Shown here one piece after another: positions 22,101 through 33,300 of a stretch of DNA of 64,000 nt (the first letter of the stretch is position 1; the number at the start of each line of letters is the position of its first letter). The stretch comes from Macrostomum lignano (taxonomy: Eukaryota). The DNA is taken from positions 62,001 through 126,000 of the forward strand of contig NIVC01002277.1 of NCBI GenBank assembly GCA_002269645.1, in the 5' to 3' direction. The notes under the pieces are model-generated. The model was not told where the DNA came from and ran no database searches. It saw nothing but the letters and a program-made list of their open reading frames with translations. The position numbers and the translations under genes were made by a program.

Positions 22101-24752
22101 CGGGTAGAGACAAGTATACTGCAGTAGTAGTTGTCTTTTTTAGTTTTATTAATTATTATTTGCTAAACGAAATTGGTTTTTTAGCAGACGGAATCCGGAG
22201 AAGTAGCTCGACTGTGACACACTGTGATCAATCAGGCATCGCTGGTTCAACAAGAGGCACCTGAAACAATCAGTAAAGCTCTCAGTACCTCAGTAAATAT
22301 CTGTTAATCAAAGCTTATTTAGTATTTGATACTGAAATCTCATTGCTTTTATTGTACTTGTGTAACGCCAGAAACCTCTGAAAATAATAAACAATGCATC
22401 GAATGCTGAATACTTCAAAGCTGTATGGTATTATATTCTTACTAATTATTATTGTTAAAAATTGCGGCAGTTCCAACGCTTGCGGTTTGTTCTATATAAG
22501 CATATGAAAATTAGCAAGATACTACTAACAGTGTATGGTGTGCCTCCTCATAGACAACTGAAGTGGAAGGACGCTAAAACTAGAATTTCTTAGAAATGAG
22601 CTGGAGCTATATAGGCTGGCAATGAACTTCGCTGATCATTTCTAAGAAATCGAGTCCAGCATCCTTCTGCTTCATGGTGCGCGTGCTAATATATTTCTAA
22701 ATTCTTGAGAAAACACGTACGGAATGACTGTGTTTGAATAGTATATTGTTTCCTCATGTTTTGCTGCAAGTACCCCATAATATATATAGATATTTCATTT
22801 TATTCGCTTCATATTTTCACACTCAGGAACTGATTAATTGCACTGAGCACGTTCAGTTTGTAGTTTGAAGCACTCGATCGGTTTACTGCAAATTCTATCG
22901 ATTGCGTGGTCCAATCATAATTGTTTTAACTTGCCTAAATAATATGCTTAATTAGTTGATTTGTTCGAATGATTCGTCTGAATTCACAGTTCGTGTAGAT
23001 TTGCGCCATTCTATGCATCCCATTCAATGAAGTAAAGAATTACAGCTGTAACAGAAATATATTGCTATATTAAATAAACTATCAAAATGATACAATTCTG
23101 CTTTGATGGATCAGTTTATTTAAAGCCTTTGTACAATAATTTTTTGCTATCAGCTATACATTTAGTTCCAGTTTTTTCATAGATTTAAAGCCCCGCGCAC
23201 ATATTTACATGTGCATTCATACATGCAGCAGCAACTACATGTACATGTAACAACTACATGTACATGTTCAGTAGTGCAGTTGGTACGCTTCATGTAAGCG
23301 TTCAACAAAATTCAAAACAGTTCAGTCCTTCAGCTTTGCATTGAACTCGACATTATTGTCTTCAAAAAGAGTCTAAATTAAATGCGATTGTTCAGGTACT
23401 TGCTATCTTTCGTTTTTATGGAATGTAATTTAATCAAGGACGATTGAAGTAATCTATATATCTACTATAGTCCTTGAATTTAATGAGAGTTTTTTAGTTT
23501 ATACGAGCTACAGTTGCTAGTATGTAGTAATTATTAAGAACGGGCGCAATACATAAAATTTCATTTCTTTATAAGTTAATGCTATACATCGATATAAAAT
23601 CTTTGTTTTAAAACGGCATTACATTTAGTAAAATTTCCTAAACAAAACTAAACTATACAGCCAAGAATTCCGGAAAGTAAAATATATAACAAATTAACCT
23701 GTGTCAGGATCTAAAACAAAATATTAAATTTCTTGGAAACAACAACCAGTGGCTTAAATAGAAATTGTATCAAAAACTTAAAGACAGAGTTTTTTCTAAA
23801 TAGAATTTTAGCTTCACTACAAAAAAGACTCTTTTTGACATTGCATTGTTTTCCAGTTTTCCTGCTTGCGCTGACTCAGTATAGATCCGATGCATCCGAT
23901 CATTGCGCTCCCTTTTGTATCTCATAAAATCTCTAAGCTTTTTTAAAGTAGAACATTAAGAAATTCATTCGTATTTCAGTGTGCTTAGCTTTATTCATTT
24001 GCAGGTGCAGTTACAAATGCGAAACGCCTGAAATAATTTATTTTAAAAAGTTTAATAATTTATTTTAAAATATTAATAAAAGTATAGTTGGTAAATTGGA
24101 AAATATTAGTACTTCTTTTTATGAGCAATGAGTACTTGCGTTAAAACTTTTGTTGCACTTTTGAACACCATGAAATATAGCTTTAAATCCAAAACTAATA
24201 AAGAAAACAAAAGTACAATATAATGATAAAAAATTGAGACATATAGACAGACTTTCGAAGGTTTTTTAATATGGTGTTTCATAAAGTATTTTGTCGAAGT
24301 CATTAGCTTTAATATTACATATTACATTGTTCACATAAGTTTATGTATTCATCTGCACACATTAAAGTTATTTAATTTGGTACTGATAATAAATATCTGT
24401 TCAAAAATAAAAATCATGCACCATTGGATATATCAGTTTTAACTTCGAATAGGACTTTTATGAAGCAAAAATTCGGTAAAGATATTATCTTATTTTGCTT
24501 AGAATATACGGGCTTTTAAATTTACAGAACAAATTTAATGACCACAGCCATGAATTCATATATAGAAATATAATTAGACATTGAATTAGACGACTATCAA
24601 GAGCTTCATTTATAAATATATATATCTACCAGCATGCTTGCTGTATATAATGTCATTGACTGCTATTTTAAACCATTAACAGGATATTCAAGTTGTTTTC
24701 AACAGCAGCGGATAGATTTTTTTGCTCAATTATATTCATTTCAGACCTCAGG

Positions 24753-25437
24753 ATGTTAGCCAGGTATCAATTTACATTTCTGCTGTTGGCGCTCCTGCTT
24801 TTATTTGATGTGTTTGTCAACTCGGCAGTTGACTACATGGCCACATCCAATGTGAATCTGCTTGTGCTGTACATGTAAGTTTAGAATGAACTATTTTTTT
24901 CACTGTTTTCTATTTGAACTGTTTAGCAACAAAACTATCCTCACTTGACAATTTCAGCCTCCAGGACCTGTTCATCCTGTTTGCCTTCATCCTGATCTTC
25001 CTGCAGTTCTTCAGCACCTATTTTTTCAAGGCCGGCCTGGCCAAAGTGCTGATCGATCGATTCAAGCTGACCATCATCTTCACCGTGATCTACTTTGGCC
25101 TCACAATCGGGCTGCACATCTGGAACCTGGTAGAGCTCTTCCTAAACCAATCAATTTCCTAAACTTCATTAATTGAACCCGAATTACAGCTTCACGTGCT
25201 TAATCTGAACCTGCAAAATTCATTTTCTAGACTCTTCGCTGGGAAAGCATCTCGAACATACCGACAACTGCCGGTTATTCAGCTCTGTTCGCTATTCAGA
25301 GAGGCTGTAAGTTCTTAATGTACTTTTCATAACGCTAGTCCAATAATGTTGCATCGAGACTGGGCGGTATCGCATCGATGTCGTGCGCCAAAGGACCTGA
25401 GTTCGAGTCTAATTGCGACCAGAATACTTTAGGGTTG

Positions 25438-25480
<43 letters not shown>

Positions 25481-25901
25481 CTGTTAATTTTTAATTGATA
25501 ACAATAGGCAGCGCTAATTTGGGTTGCCTGCACGAAAATATGATCACCGCCCTAAAGTGCAGCGTGTGTGCATAACTGAAAAAAGAAAGTCAAGGCCGCT
25601 GTACACCCTGAGTGAGCGTGTGTACAGAATTGGCGCGCGCTTGCATGTGCTCAGGAGTCAGCAGAATGACCATGGCTGCTGGCCTCCTTGCTGGATGCTG
25701 CGGGTCGGCCGGCTGTCGCCCTTGCAAACCAACTGGCTGACATTAAATGTCTCCTACCCCTCCGCCCCCAAAAAAAATCTTGCAGTTTCCGTGTTCTACT
25801 ACTACATCTACAAGCGCTCGCTGCTTCGACTTGGCGACGAGCGCTTCTACAAAGACTCGGCCTTCTTTCGTCGCGAATTCGAACGACGCAGAAACGATTA
25901 A
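24753..25901 (+). CDS. TMEM138: Transmembrane protein 138 (ciliary), 161 aa
   Basis: join(24753-24874, 24958-25129, 25231-25306, 25786-25901), all GT-AG and in frame. Product MLARYQFTFLLLALLLLFDVFVNS...LVLYILQDLFILF...FFSTYFFKAGL...RFKLTII...LHIWNLTLRW...QRGFSVFYYYIYKRSLLRLGDERFYKDS..R.EF. It is colinear with the recalled human TMEM138 (DLFVNSF, IQD, FQAGL, LRW, YKRTAVRLGDPHFYQDS). Confidence 0.93.
25352..25482 (+). mobile_element. Degenerate tRNA-derived SINE with a (CA)n tail, in TMEM138 intron 3
   Basis: TGGGCGGTA...AAAGGACCTGAGTTCGAGTCT followed by (CA)n. Confidence 0.45.
25545..25670 (+). mobile_element. Dispersed hairpin element, copy C (diverged), in TMEM138 intron 3
   Basis: GAAAGTCAAGGCCGCTGTACACCCTGAGTGAGCGTG...ATTGGCGCGCGCTTGCATGTGCTCAGGAGTCAGC. 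Confidence 0.65.
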
Positions 25902-25922
25902 ATGGACTTTTTAGAGCTCGGG

Positions 25923-27460
25923 TCTTTGTTACACTGACGATTGTGTGTCTTTGTTTATACACTGAAGATTGTGTGTCTTTGTTAAACTGACGATTGTGTG
26001 TCTTTGTTACACTGACGATTGTGTGTCTTTGTTTATACACTGAAGATTGTGTGTCTTTGTTAAACTGACGATTGTATGTCTTTGTTAGACTGACGATTGT
26101 GTCTTTGTTACACCGACGATTGTGTGTCTTTGTTTATACACTGAAGATTGTGTGTCTTTGTTAAACTGACGATTGTGTGTCTTTGTTAGACTGACGATTG
26201 TGTCTTTGTTACACCGACGATTGTGTGTCTTTGTTACACAGACGATTGTGTGTCTTTGTTACACTGACGATTGTGTGTCTTTGTTACACAGACGATTGTG
26301 TGTCTTTGTTACACTGACGATTGTGTGTCTTTGTTACACAGACGATTGTGTGTCTTTGTTACACTGACGATTGTGTGTCTTTGTTACACTGACGATTGTG
26401 TGTCTTTGTTACACTGACGATTGTGTGTCTTTGTTACACTGACGACTAGTGTCTTTGTTACACTGACGATTGTGTGTCTTTGTTACACTGACGATTGTGT
26501 CTTTGTTACACCGACGATTGTGTGTCTTTGTTACACTGACGATTTTGTGTCTTTGTTACACAGACGATTGTGTGTCTTTGTTACACTGACGATTGTGTGT
26601 CTTTGTTACACAGACGATTGTGTGTCTTTGTTACACTGACGATTGTGTGTCTTTGTTACACTGACGATTGTGTGTCTTTGTTACACTGACGATTTTGTGT
26701 CTTTGTTACACTGACGATTGTGTGTCTTTGTTACACTGACGACTAGTGTCTTTGTTACACTGACGATTGTGTGTCTTTGTTACACTGACGATTGTGTGTC
26801 TTTATTACACAGACGATTGTGTGTCTTTGTTACACAGACGATTGTGTGTCTTTGTTACACTGACGATTGTGTGTCTTTGTTACACTGACGATTGTGTCTT
26901 TGTTACACTGACGACTAGTGTCTTTGTTACACTGACGATTGTGTGTCTTTGTTACACTGACGATTGTGTGTCTTTGTTACACTGACGATTGTGTGTCTTT
27001 GTTACACTGACGATTGTGTGTCTTTGTTACACTGACGACTAGTGTCTTTGTTACACTGACGATTGTGTGTCTTTGTTACACTGACGATTGTGTGTCTTTG
27101 TTACACAGACGATTGTGTGTCTTTGTTACACTGACGATTGTGTGTCTTTGTTACACTGACGATTGTGTGTCTTTGTTACACTGACGATTGTGTCTTTGTT
27201 ACACTGACGACTAGTGTCTTTGTTACACTGACGATTGTGTGTCTTTGTTACACTGACGATTGTGTTTTTGTTACACTGAAGTTTGTGTGTCTTTGTTACA
27301 CTGACGATTGTGTGTCTTTGTTACACTGAAGATTGTGTGTCTTTGTTACACTGAAGATTGTGTGTCTTTGTTACACTGACGATTGTGTGTCTTTATTACA
27401 CTGACGATTGTGTGTCTTTGTTAAACTGACAATTGTGTGTCTTTGTTACACTGACGATTG
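25923..27460. repeat. 25-bp minisatellite (GTGTCTTTGTTACACTGACGATTGT)
   Basis: Direct reading; begins about 20 nt after the TMEM138 stop codon. Confidence 0.95.
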
Positions 27461-28559
27461 TCTTGGAGTAACTTAAGAATTTTATATATAAACTGAACCT
27501 TACCTGCGCTGCATTTACGGCTCGTACTAAACCGCATCCGTCCCTTAACTCGGATTATTATCATAACTGACTACTTGTTTCAGTAGCGCTGAGCGCTTCT
27601 AATGCACATAATTTATATTATCATCTAAACGAAACTATTAATAAGCACTTTGTCTGTTGTCGTTGTATTTAGCCTAGTAAAATTAAAATTCGCCGTGTCT
27701 AATGTGTCTATATAAATGAAAAATAACAAAAAACTTGTTAATCGAAGTTTATTATAACATCTAGCTATGAATTCCTTTGAGACCGCAGGCTGGACCGTCA
27801 GTTACCAGAAAAATATAGTTTCTTTTCCATTCAGTATTTTTGTTAGAAAGCATGGCTCGTATTGGCACCGATTTAAATAAACGCGAAACAAACTGATATT
27901 TTCTATTGAATTGGACAGCCGATAGCACTCGAGAGCAAAACATTCTTTAAATTGTAATTCTGTTCTATTAACGATTAAACAAAATTATCGCCTTATTTAC
28001 GAGGCAATTTGTTCGCTAAACAAAAGTAAATGAAACAATTTTTAATCGAGTTTGTCCCATATATGAAAATGCTGCGCTTCTCATGACATTCAATTGTTTA
28101 GGTGGGTGTGTTCGGGCGAACTTTGAGATGAGAATCTTATTTTGAACACTCTCGTGACTGACAGCTAGGCCGCCCTGACAGTCGCGATATAGATGATGAC
28201 ACACGGAGACCTGAGACTGCACCTCATGATGTCTCCCTGAGTGACAGGGGGTGCAGCTGTCTGTCCCACAATCTAAGCGGTTGATGCCTGATTTTATGAA
28301 ATAATTAACAAGATTTTTTCTCACCTGGCGACGTCAATCAATCCAACAGTTAGCAAATGATTTGAGTTTGAGCTCAAGATGTTTTATGAATGAGGGGTAT
28401 AAATATTCTTGTAAATAAGCGCGATGTTCCAGCATTCTTTATTCGTAATAAAGTCGCTTTCACATCCGAATTGAAGTTTGTCTCTCTCTCGGCTGTCTGC
28501 AAATCTGGTAAGTTTTTTACTGAAATATGAGGCTTGTGTTTGAGCAGTTCCTTGGCTTG

Positions 28560-29843
28560 GCGCCCTTCTGTAGCTGGCGCCCCGTCTGTAGCTGGCGCCC
28601 CGTCTGTAGTTGGCGCTCCCTTCTGTAGCTGGCGCCCCGTCTGTAGCTAGCGCCCCGTCTATAGTTGGCGCCCGCTTCTGTAGCTGGCGCCCCCTTCTGT
28701 AGCTGGTGCCCCCTTCTGTAGCTGGCGTCCCCTCTGTAGCTGGCGCCCCCTTCTGTAGCTGGCGCCCCCTTCCGTAGCTGGCGCCCCCTTCTGTAGCTGG
28801 CGCCCCCTTCCGTAGCTGGCGCCCGGCCCATCTGTAGCTGGCGCCCCTTTTCTTTAGCTGGCGCCCCCTTATGTAGCTGGCGCCCCCTCTGTAGCTGGCG
28901 CCCCCTTCTGTAGCTGGCGCCCCCTTCCGTAGCTGGCGCCCCCTTCTGTAGCTGGCGCCCCTTTTCTTTAGCTGGCGCCCCCTTATGTAGCTGGCGCCCC
29001 CTCTGTAGCTGGCGCCCCCTTCTGTAGCTGGCGCCCGGCCTATCTGTAGCTGGCGCCCCCTTCTGTAGCTGGCGCCCCCTTCTGTAGCTGGCGCCCGGCC
29101 TATCTGTAGCTGGCGCCCCCTTCTGTAGCTGGCGCCCCCTTCTGTAGCTGGCGCCCGGCCTATCTGTAGCTGGCGCCCCCTTCTGTAGCTGGCGCCCCCT
29201 TCTGTAGCTGGCGCCCCCTCTGTAGCTGGCGCCCCCTTCTGTAGCTGGCGTCCCCTTCTGTAGCTGGCGCCCCCTTCTGTAGCTGGCGCCAGGCCTATCT
29301 GTAGCTGGCGCCCCCTTCTGTAGCTGGCGCCCGGCCTATCTGTAGCTGGCGCCCCCTTCTGTAGCTGTGCCCCCTTCTGTAGCTGGCGCCCCCTTCTGTA
29401 GCTGGCGCCCCCTTCTGTAGCTGGCGCCCCCTTCTGTAGCTGGCGCCCCCTTCTGTAGCTGTGCCCCCTTCTGTAGCTGGCGCCCCCTTCTGTAGCTGGC
29501 GCCCCCTTCTGTAGCTGGCGCCCCCTTCTGTAGCTGGCGCCCCCTTCTGTAGCTGGCGCCCCCTTCTGTAGCTGTGCCCCCTTCTGTAGCTGGCGCCCCC
29601 TTCTGTAGCTGGCGCCCCCTTCTGTAGCTGGCGCCCGGCCTATCTGTAGCTGGCGCCCCCTTCTGTAGCTGGCGCCCCCTTCTGTAGCTGGCGCCCCCTT
29701 CTGTAGCTGGCGCCCCTTCTGTAGCTGGCGCCCCCTTCTGTAGCTGGCGCCCCCTCTGTAGCTGGGGCCCCCTTCCGTAGCTGGCGCCCCCTTCTGTAGC
29801 TGGCGCCCCCTTCTGTAGCTGGCGCCCGGCCCATCTGTAGCCC
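28560..29843. repeat. 19-bp GC-rich minisatellite (TGTAGCTGGCGCCCCCTTC)
   Basis: Direct reading. Confidence 0.95.
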
Positions 29844-30394
29844 TGCAATTCTCATACACTCATTAATTATCAGAGCTATGAAAAGTTCAAGCACCTGGGG
29901 GCTTTCCTGAACTCTTACAGGTTCGTAGCTGATTATCACCCATGATAAATTATAATGTAAAAAGTCTAAATCAAAGTAAAACTAACCAAAACTTAGCTGA
30001 AAAATAAATCGAAAATTTTGTCGGCCAGTTCTCTACATCTCCATCAATTCCTCATGAAGGGAAGCTGCAAATTAGCTCTCCCTCAGATGGGGTTTGATGG
30101 GCGGCAGTGAAATGAGGCCGGGATTTCACACTGATCCCACACCATGGTCCCATCCTTGAGTCCTAGAAGACTTCAAAGTGAAGTCAAGTGTGAGGCCAGC
30201 TGCAATTGACGGGCCGAATGAAAATTTCGCCGAGTTGTCTGAGCTCGCCTGAAATTGGCTTCGCATGGAGACTGGGGTTCCGGCTTGGGAGAAGGGAATA
30301 AATTCGGTGAATGAGGCCGGGAGGAACCTCACCAGTTCCTCCTCAGACACTGAGCGGCAACTCAGCCAAGACTCCGAACCGACCGACCGCAGCC

Positions 30395-33300
30395 ATGGAT
30401 GTTGAAGAATTTCGCAAGCACGGCAAGGACATGGTGGACTACATCTGCGACTACATGAAGTCCCTGCAGGAGCGCCAGGTCATCCCGGATGTGCAGCCGG
30501 GCTACCTGCGCTTGTCGCTGCCGGCAATTCCGCCGGAGCAGCCCGAGGCCTGGGAGAGCATCATGAAGGACGTGGAGGATCACGTGATGCGAGGGGTGAG
30601 TTCTAGGTTTGAAACACCGAGTTGTCATTTCTTGGGCATCATTCCTGCGATTTCATTGACTAAAGCAATTGCCCATGGGTCACCCTCTTCAATACTGTTT
30701 ATGGAGCACCCTGTCCTTTGTGAAAGCATAATAAGAAATAAAATATTCGCAGGAGAGCTGTGGGCAACCTGGTGCGACGTTGACCCGCAACCAGAGCTGA
30801 CACTGAGCACATACAAGCAGGGGCGTCGCCATGCATTTTATGGCGGGAGGGAGGACAGAGCCAAGAATTCTACATGTACATTATTTTCAGTATTGGCACT
30901 GTCAGCTCTCATTTTAGCGCCACAGGCACTCATTTTGGCGCTGAAGGCACTCATTTTGGCGACGCAGGCACTCATTTTGGCGCTGCAGGCACTCATTTTA
31001 GCGCCGGAGGCTCTCATTTTAGCGCCGCAGGCACTCATTTTGGCGTTGCAGGCTCTCATTTTGGCGCCGCAGGCACTCATTTTGGCGCCGGAGGCTCTCA
31101 TTTTGGCGCCGCAGGCACTCATTTTGGCGCTGCAGGCACTCATTTTGGCGCTGCAGGCACTCATTTTGGCGCTGCAGGCACTCATTTTGGCGCTGAAGGC
31201 ACTCATTTTGGCGACGCAGGCACTCATTTTAGCGCTGCAGACTCTCATTTTGGCGCCGCAGGTACTTATTTTGGCGCCGCAGGCTCTCATTTTGGCGACG
31301 CAGGCACTCATTTTAGCGCTGCAGACTCTCATTTTGGCGACGCAGGCACTCATTTTAGCGCTGCAGACTCTCATTTTGGCGCCGCAGGTACTTATTTTGG
31401 CGCCGCAGGCTCTCATTTTGGCGACGCAGGCACTCATTTTAGCGCTGCAGACTCTCATTTTGGCGACGCAGGCACTCATTTTAGCGCTGCAGACTCTCAT
31501 TTTGGCGCCGCAGGTACTTATTTTGGCGCCGCAGGCACTCATTTTAGCGCTGCAGACTCTCATTTTGGCGCCGCAGGTACTTATTTTGGCGCCGCAGGCT
31601 CTCATTTTGGCGACGCAGGCACTTCATTTATTCCCGAAGGGACTCATTTTGGCTGCTCTCCCCACCGACATTTGCCCAAGTGTCTGTTGAGCATCGATTT
31701 CTTTCAATACTGAAATTCTGATTAACCGTTGCTCAACACCCAGGTGACTCACTGGCAGCACCCGCGGTTCCACGCCTACTTCCCAGCCGGCAACGCGTAC
31801 CCCTCCATCATGGGCGGGATGCTGGGCGACGCCCTGGGCATTGTTGGCTTCTCCTGGGCGGCGTCGCCAGCCTGCGCCGAGCTGGAGATGCTGGTGCTGG
31901 ACTGGCTGGCCAAGATGACGCACATGCCGCATCATTTCCAGCACGAGAGCGGCCTTGGCGGCGGGGTTATGCAGGTTTGCTCTTTAAAAACAGCTGGTAA
32001 AATGCTTCTGTGATTACTAAATACCGTTCTGAGTAGTAAAAGTAGGACTTCGGATATCAGTAAGTATAAATACACTTGCAACTCTTCTGCTCTAAAAGCT
32101 TCCGGCTGGGAACCTTTCATTGGATAAGCTTCCTGCTAGGAACCTTTCATTGGATAAGGTTCTGGTTAGGAACCTTTCATTGGATAAGCTTCCGGCTAGG
32201 AACCTTTCATTGGATAAGCTTCCGGCTAGGAACCTTTCATTGGATAAGCTTCCGGCTAGGAACCTTTCATTGGATAAGCTTCCAGTTAGGAACTTTTCAT
32301 TGGATAAGCTTCCGGCTAGGAACCTTTCATTGGATAAGCTTCCGGCTAGGAACCTTTCATTGGATAAGCTTCCGGCTAGGAACCTTTCATTGGATAAGCT
32401 TCCAGTTAGGAACTTTTCATTGGATAAGCTTCCGGCTAGAAACCTTTCATTGGATAAGCTTCCGGTTAGGAACTTTTCATTGGATAAGCTTCCGGCTAGG
32501 AACCTTTCATTGGATAAGCTTCCGGTTAGGAACCTTTGATTGGGAAAAATTCCGGTTAAGAACCTTCGATTCATTGATTGGACGAAATGCTTCCTCAATT
32601 GGCTGCCTTGAAACGCGACACAAGCCGCCTATTCAGTTGCGTACTAACCATAACCAGACCTGCTTAACTTGCAGGTCTGCCAGTGAATGCACCCTCTTTG
32701 AATATTTCATTTTCAATTTTACTTCAATCTTTTTTCAATAAAAGTTTCAGGAAATACTTTCAATACACTCGTAGCCTACTCACGAAATCAGTAGCTTACT
32801 ATGCATTTTCTGCTCGGCAGGGCTCCGCCAGCGACTCCATCCTGGTGACCATGCTCGCCGCCCGCCGGGACAAGCTCAACCAGATCAAACGGGAGCACGC
32901 TAACGATTTTGAAGAGGGCAAATTTTTATCCCGACTAGTGGCCTACTGCTCAAAACTGGCTCACAGCTGCGTTGAGAAGGCCGGCATGATCTCTTGCATC
33001 CAGGTGCACCAGCTGGACTACCACCCGGACTACCTGGGGCTGCAGGGTCGAACTCTGCAGCTGGCCATCGAAGAAGATCGGCGGAATGGCCTGATACCCT
33101 TTTTTGTCAGTTGGGGGCTTGTCTTTGGAATGAGATTAGCGGACTGCAGATGCACTCGGGTGGATAGATTAGCAATCCCACACGAATAGATTAGCAATCC
33201 CACACGGATAGATTAGCAATCCCACACGGATAGATTAGCAATCCCACACGGATAGATGAGCAATCCCACACGGATAGATTAGCAATCCCACACGGATAGA

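Noticed and set aside
25923-27460. Retrozyme-like tandem hammerheads (CTGACGA in every unit)
   Set aside because: The unit has no GAAA and is only 25 bp.
28016-28330. Minus-strand gene fragment with a 37-nt intron-like segment
   Set aside because: The splice-like signals are present, but no recognisable protein or consistent frame could be built.
28384-29859. 491-aa ORF (GAPATEGGASYRRGRQLQK)
   Set aside because: It is the translation of a 19-bp minisatellite cycling through frames.
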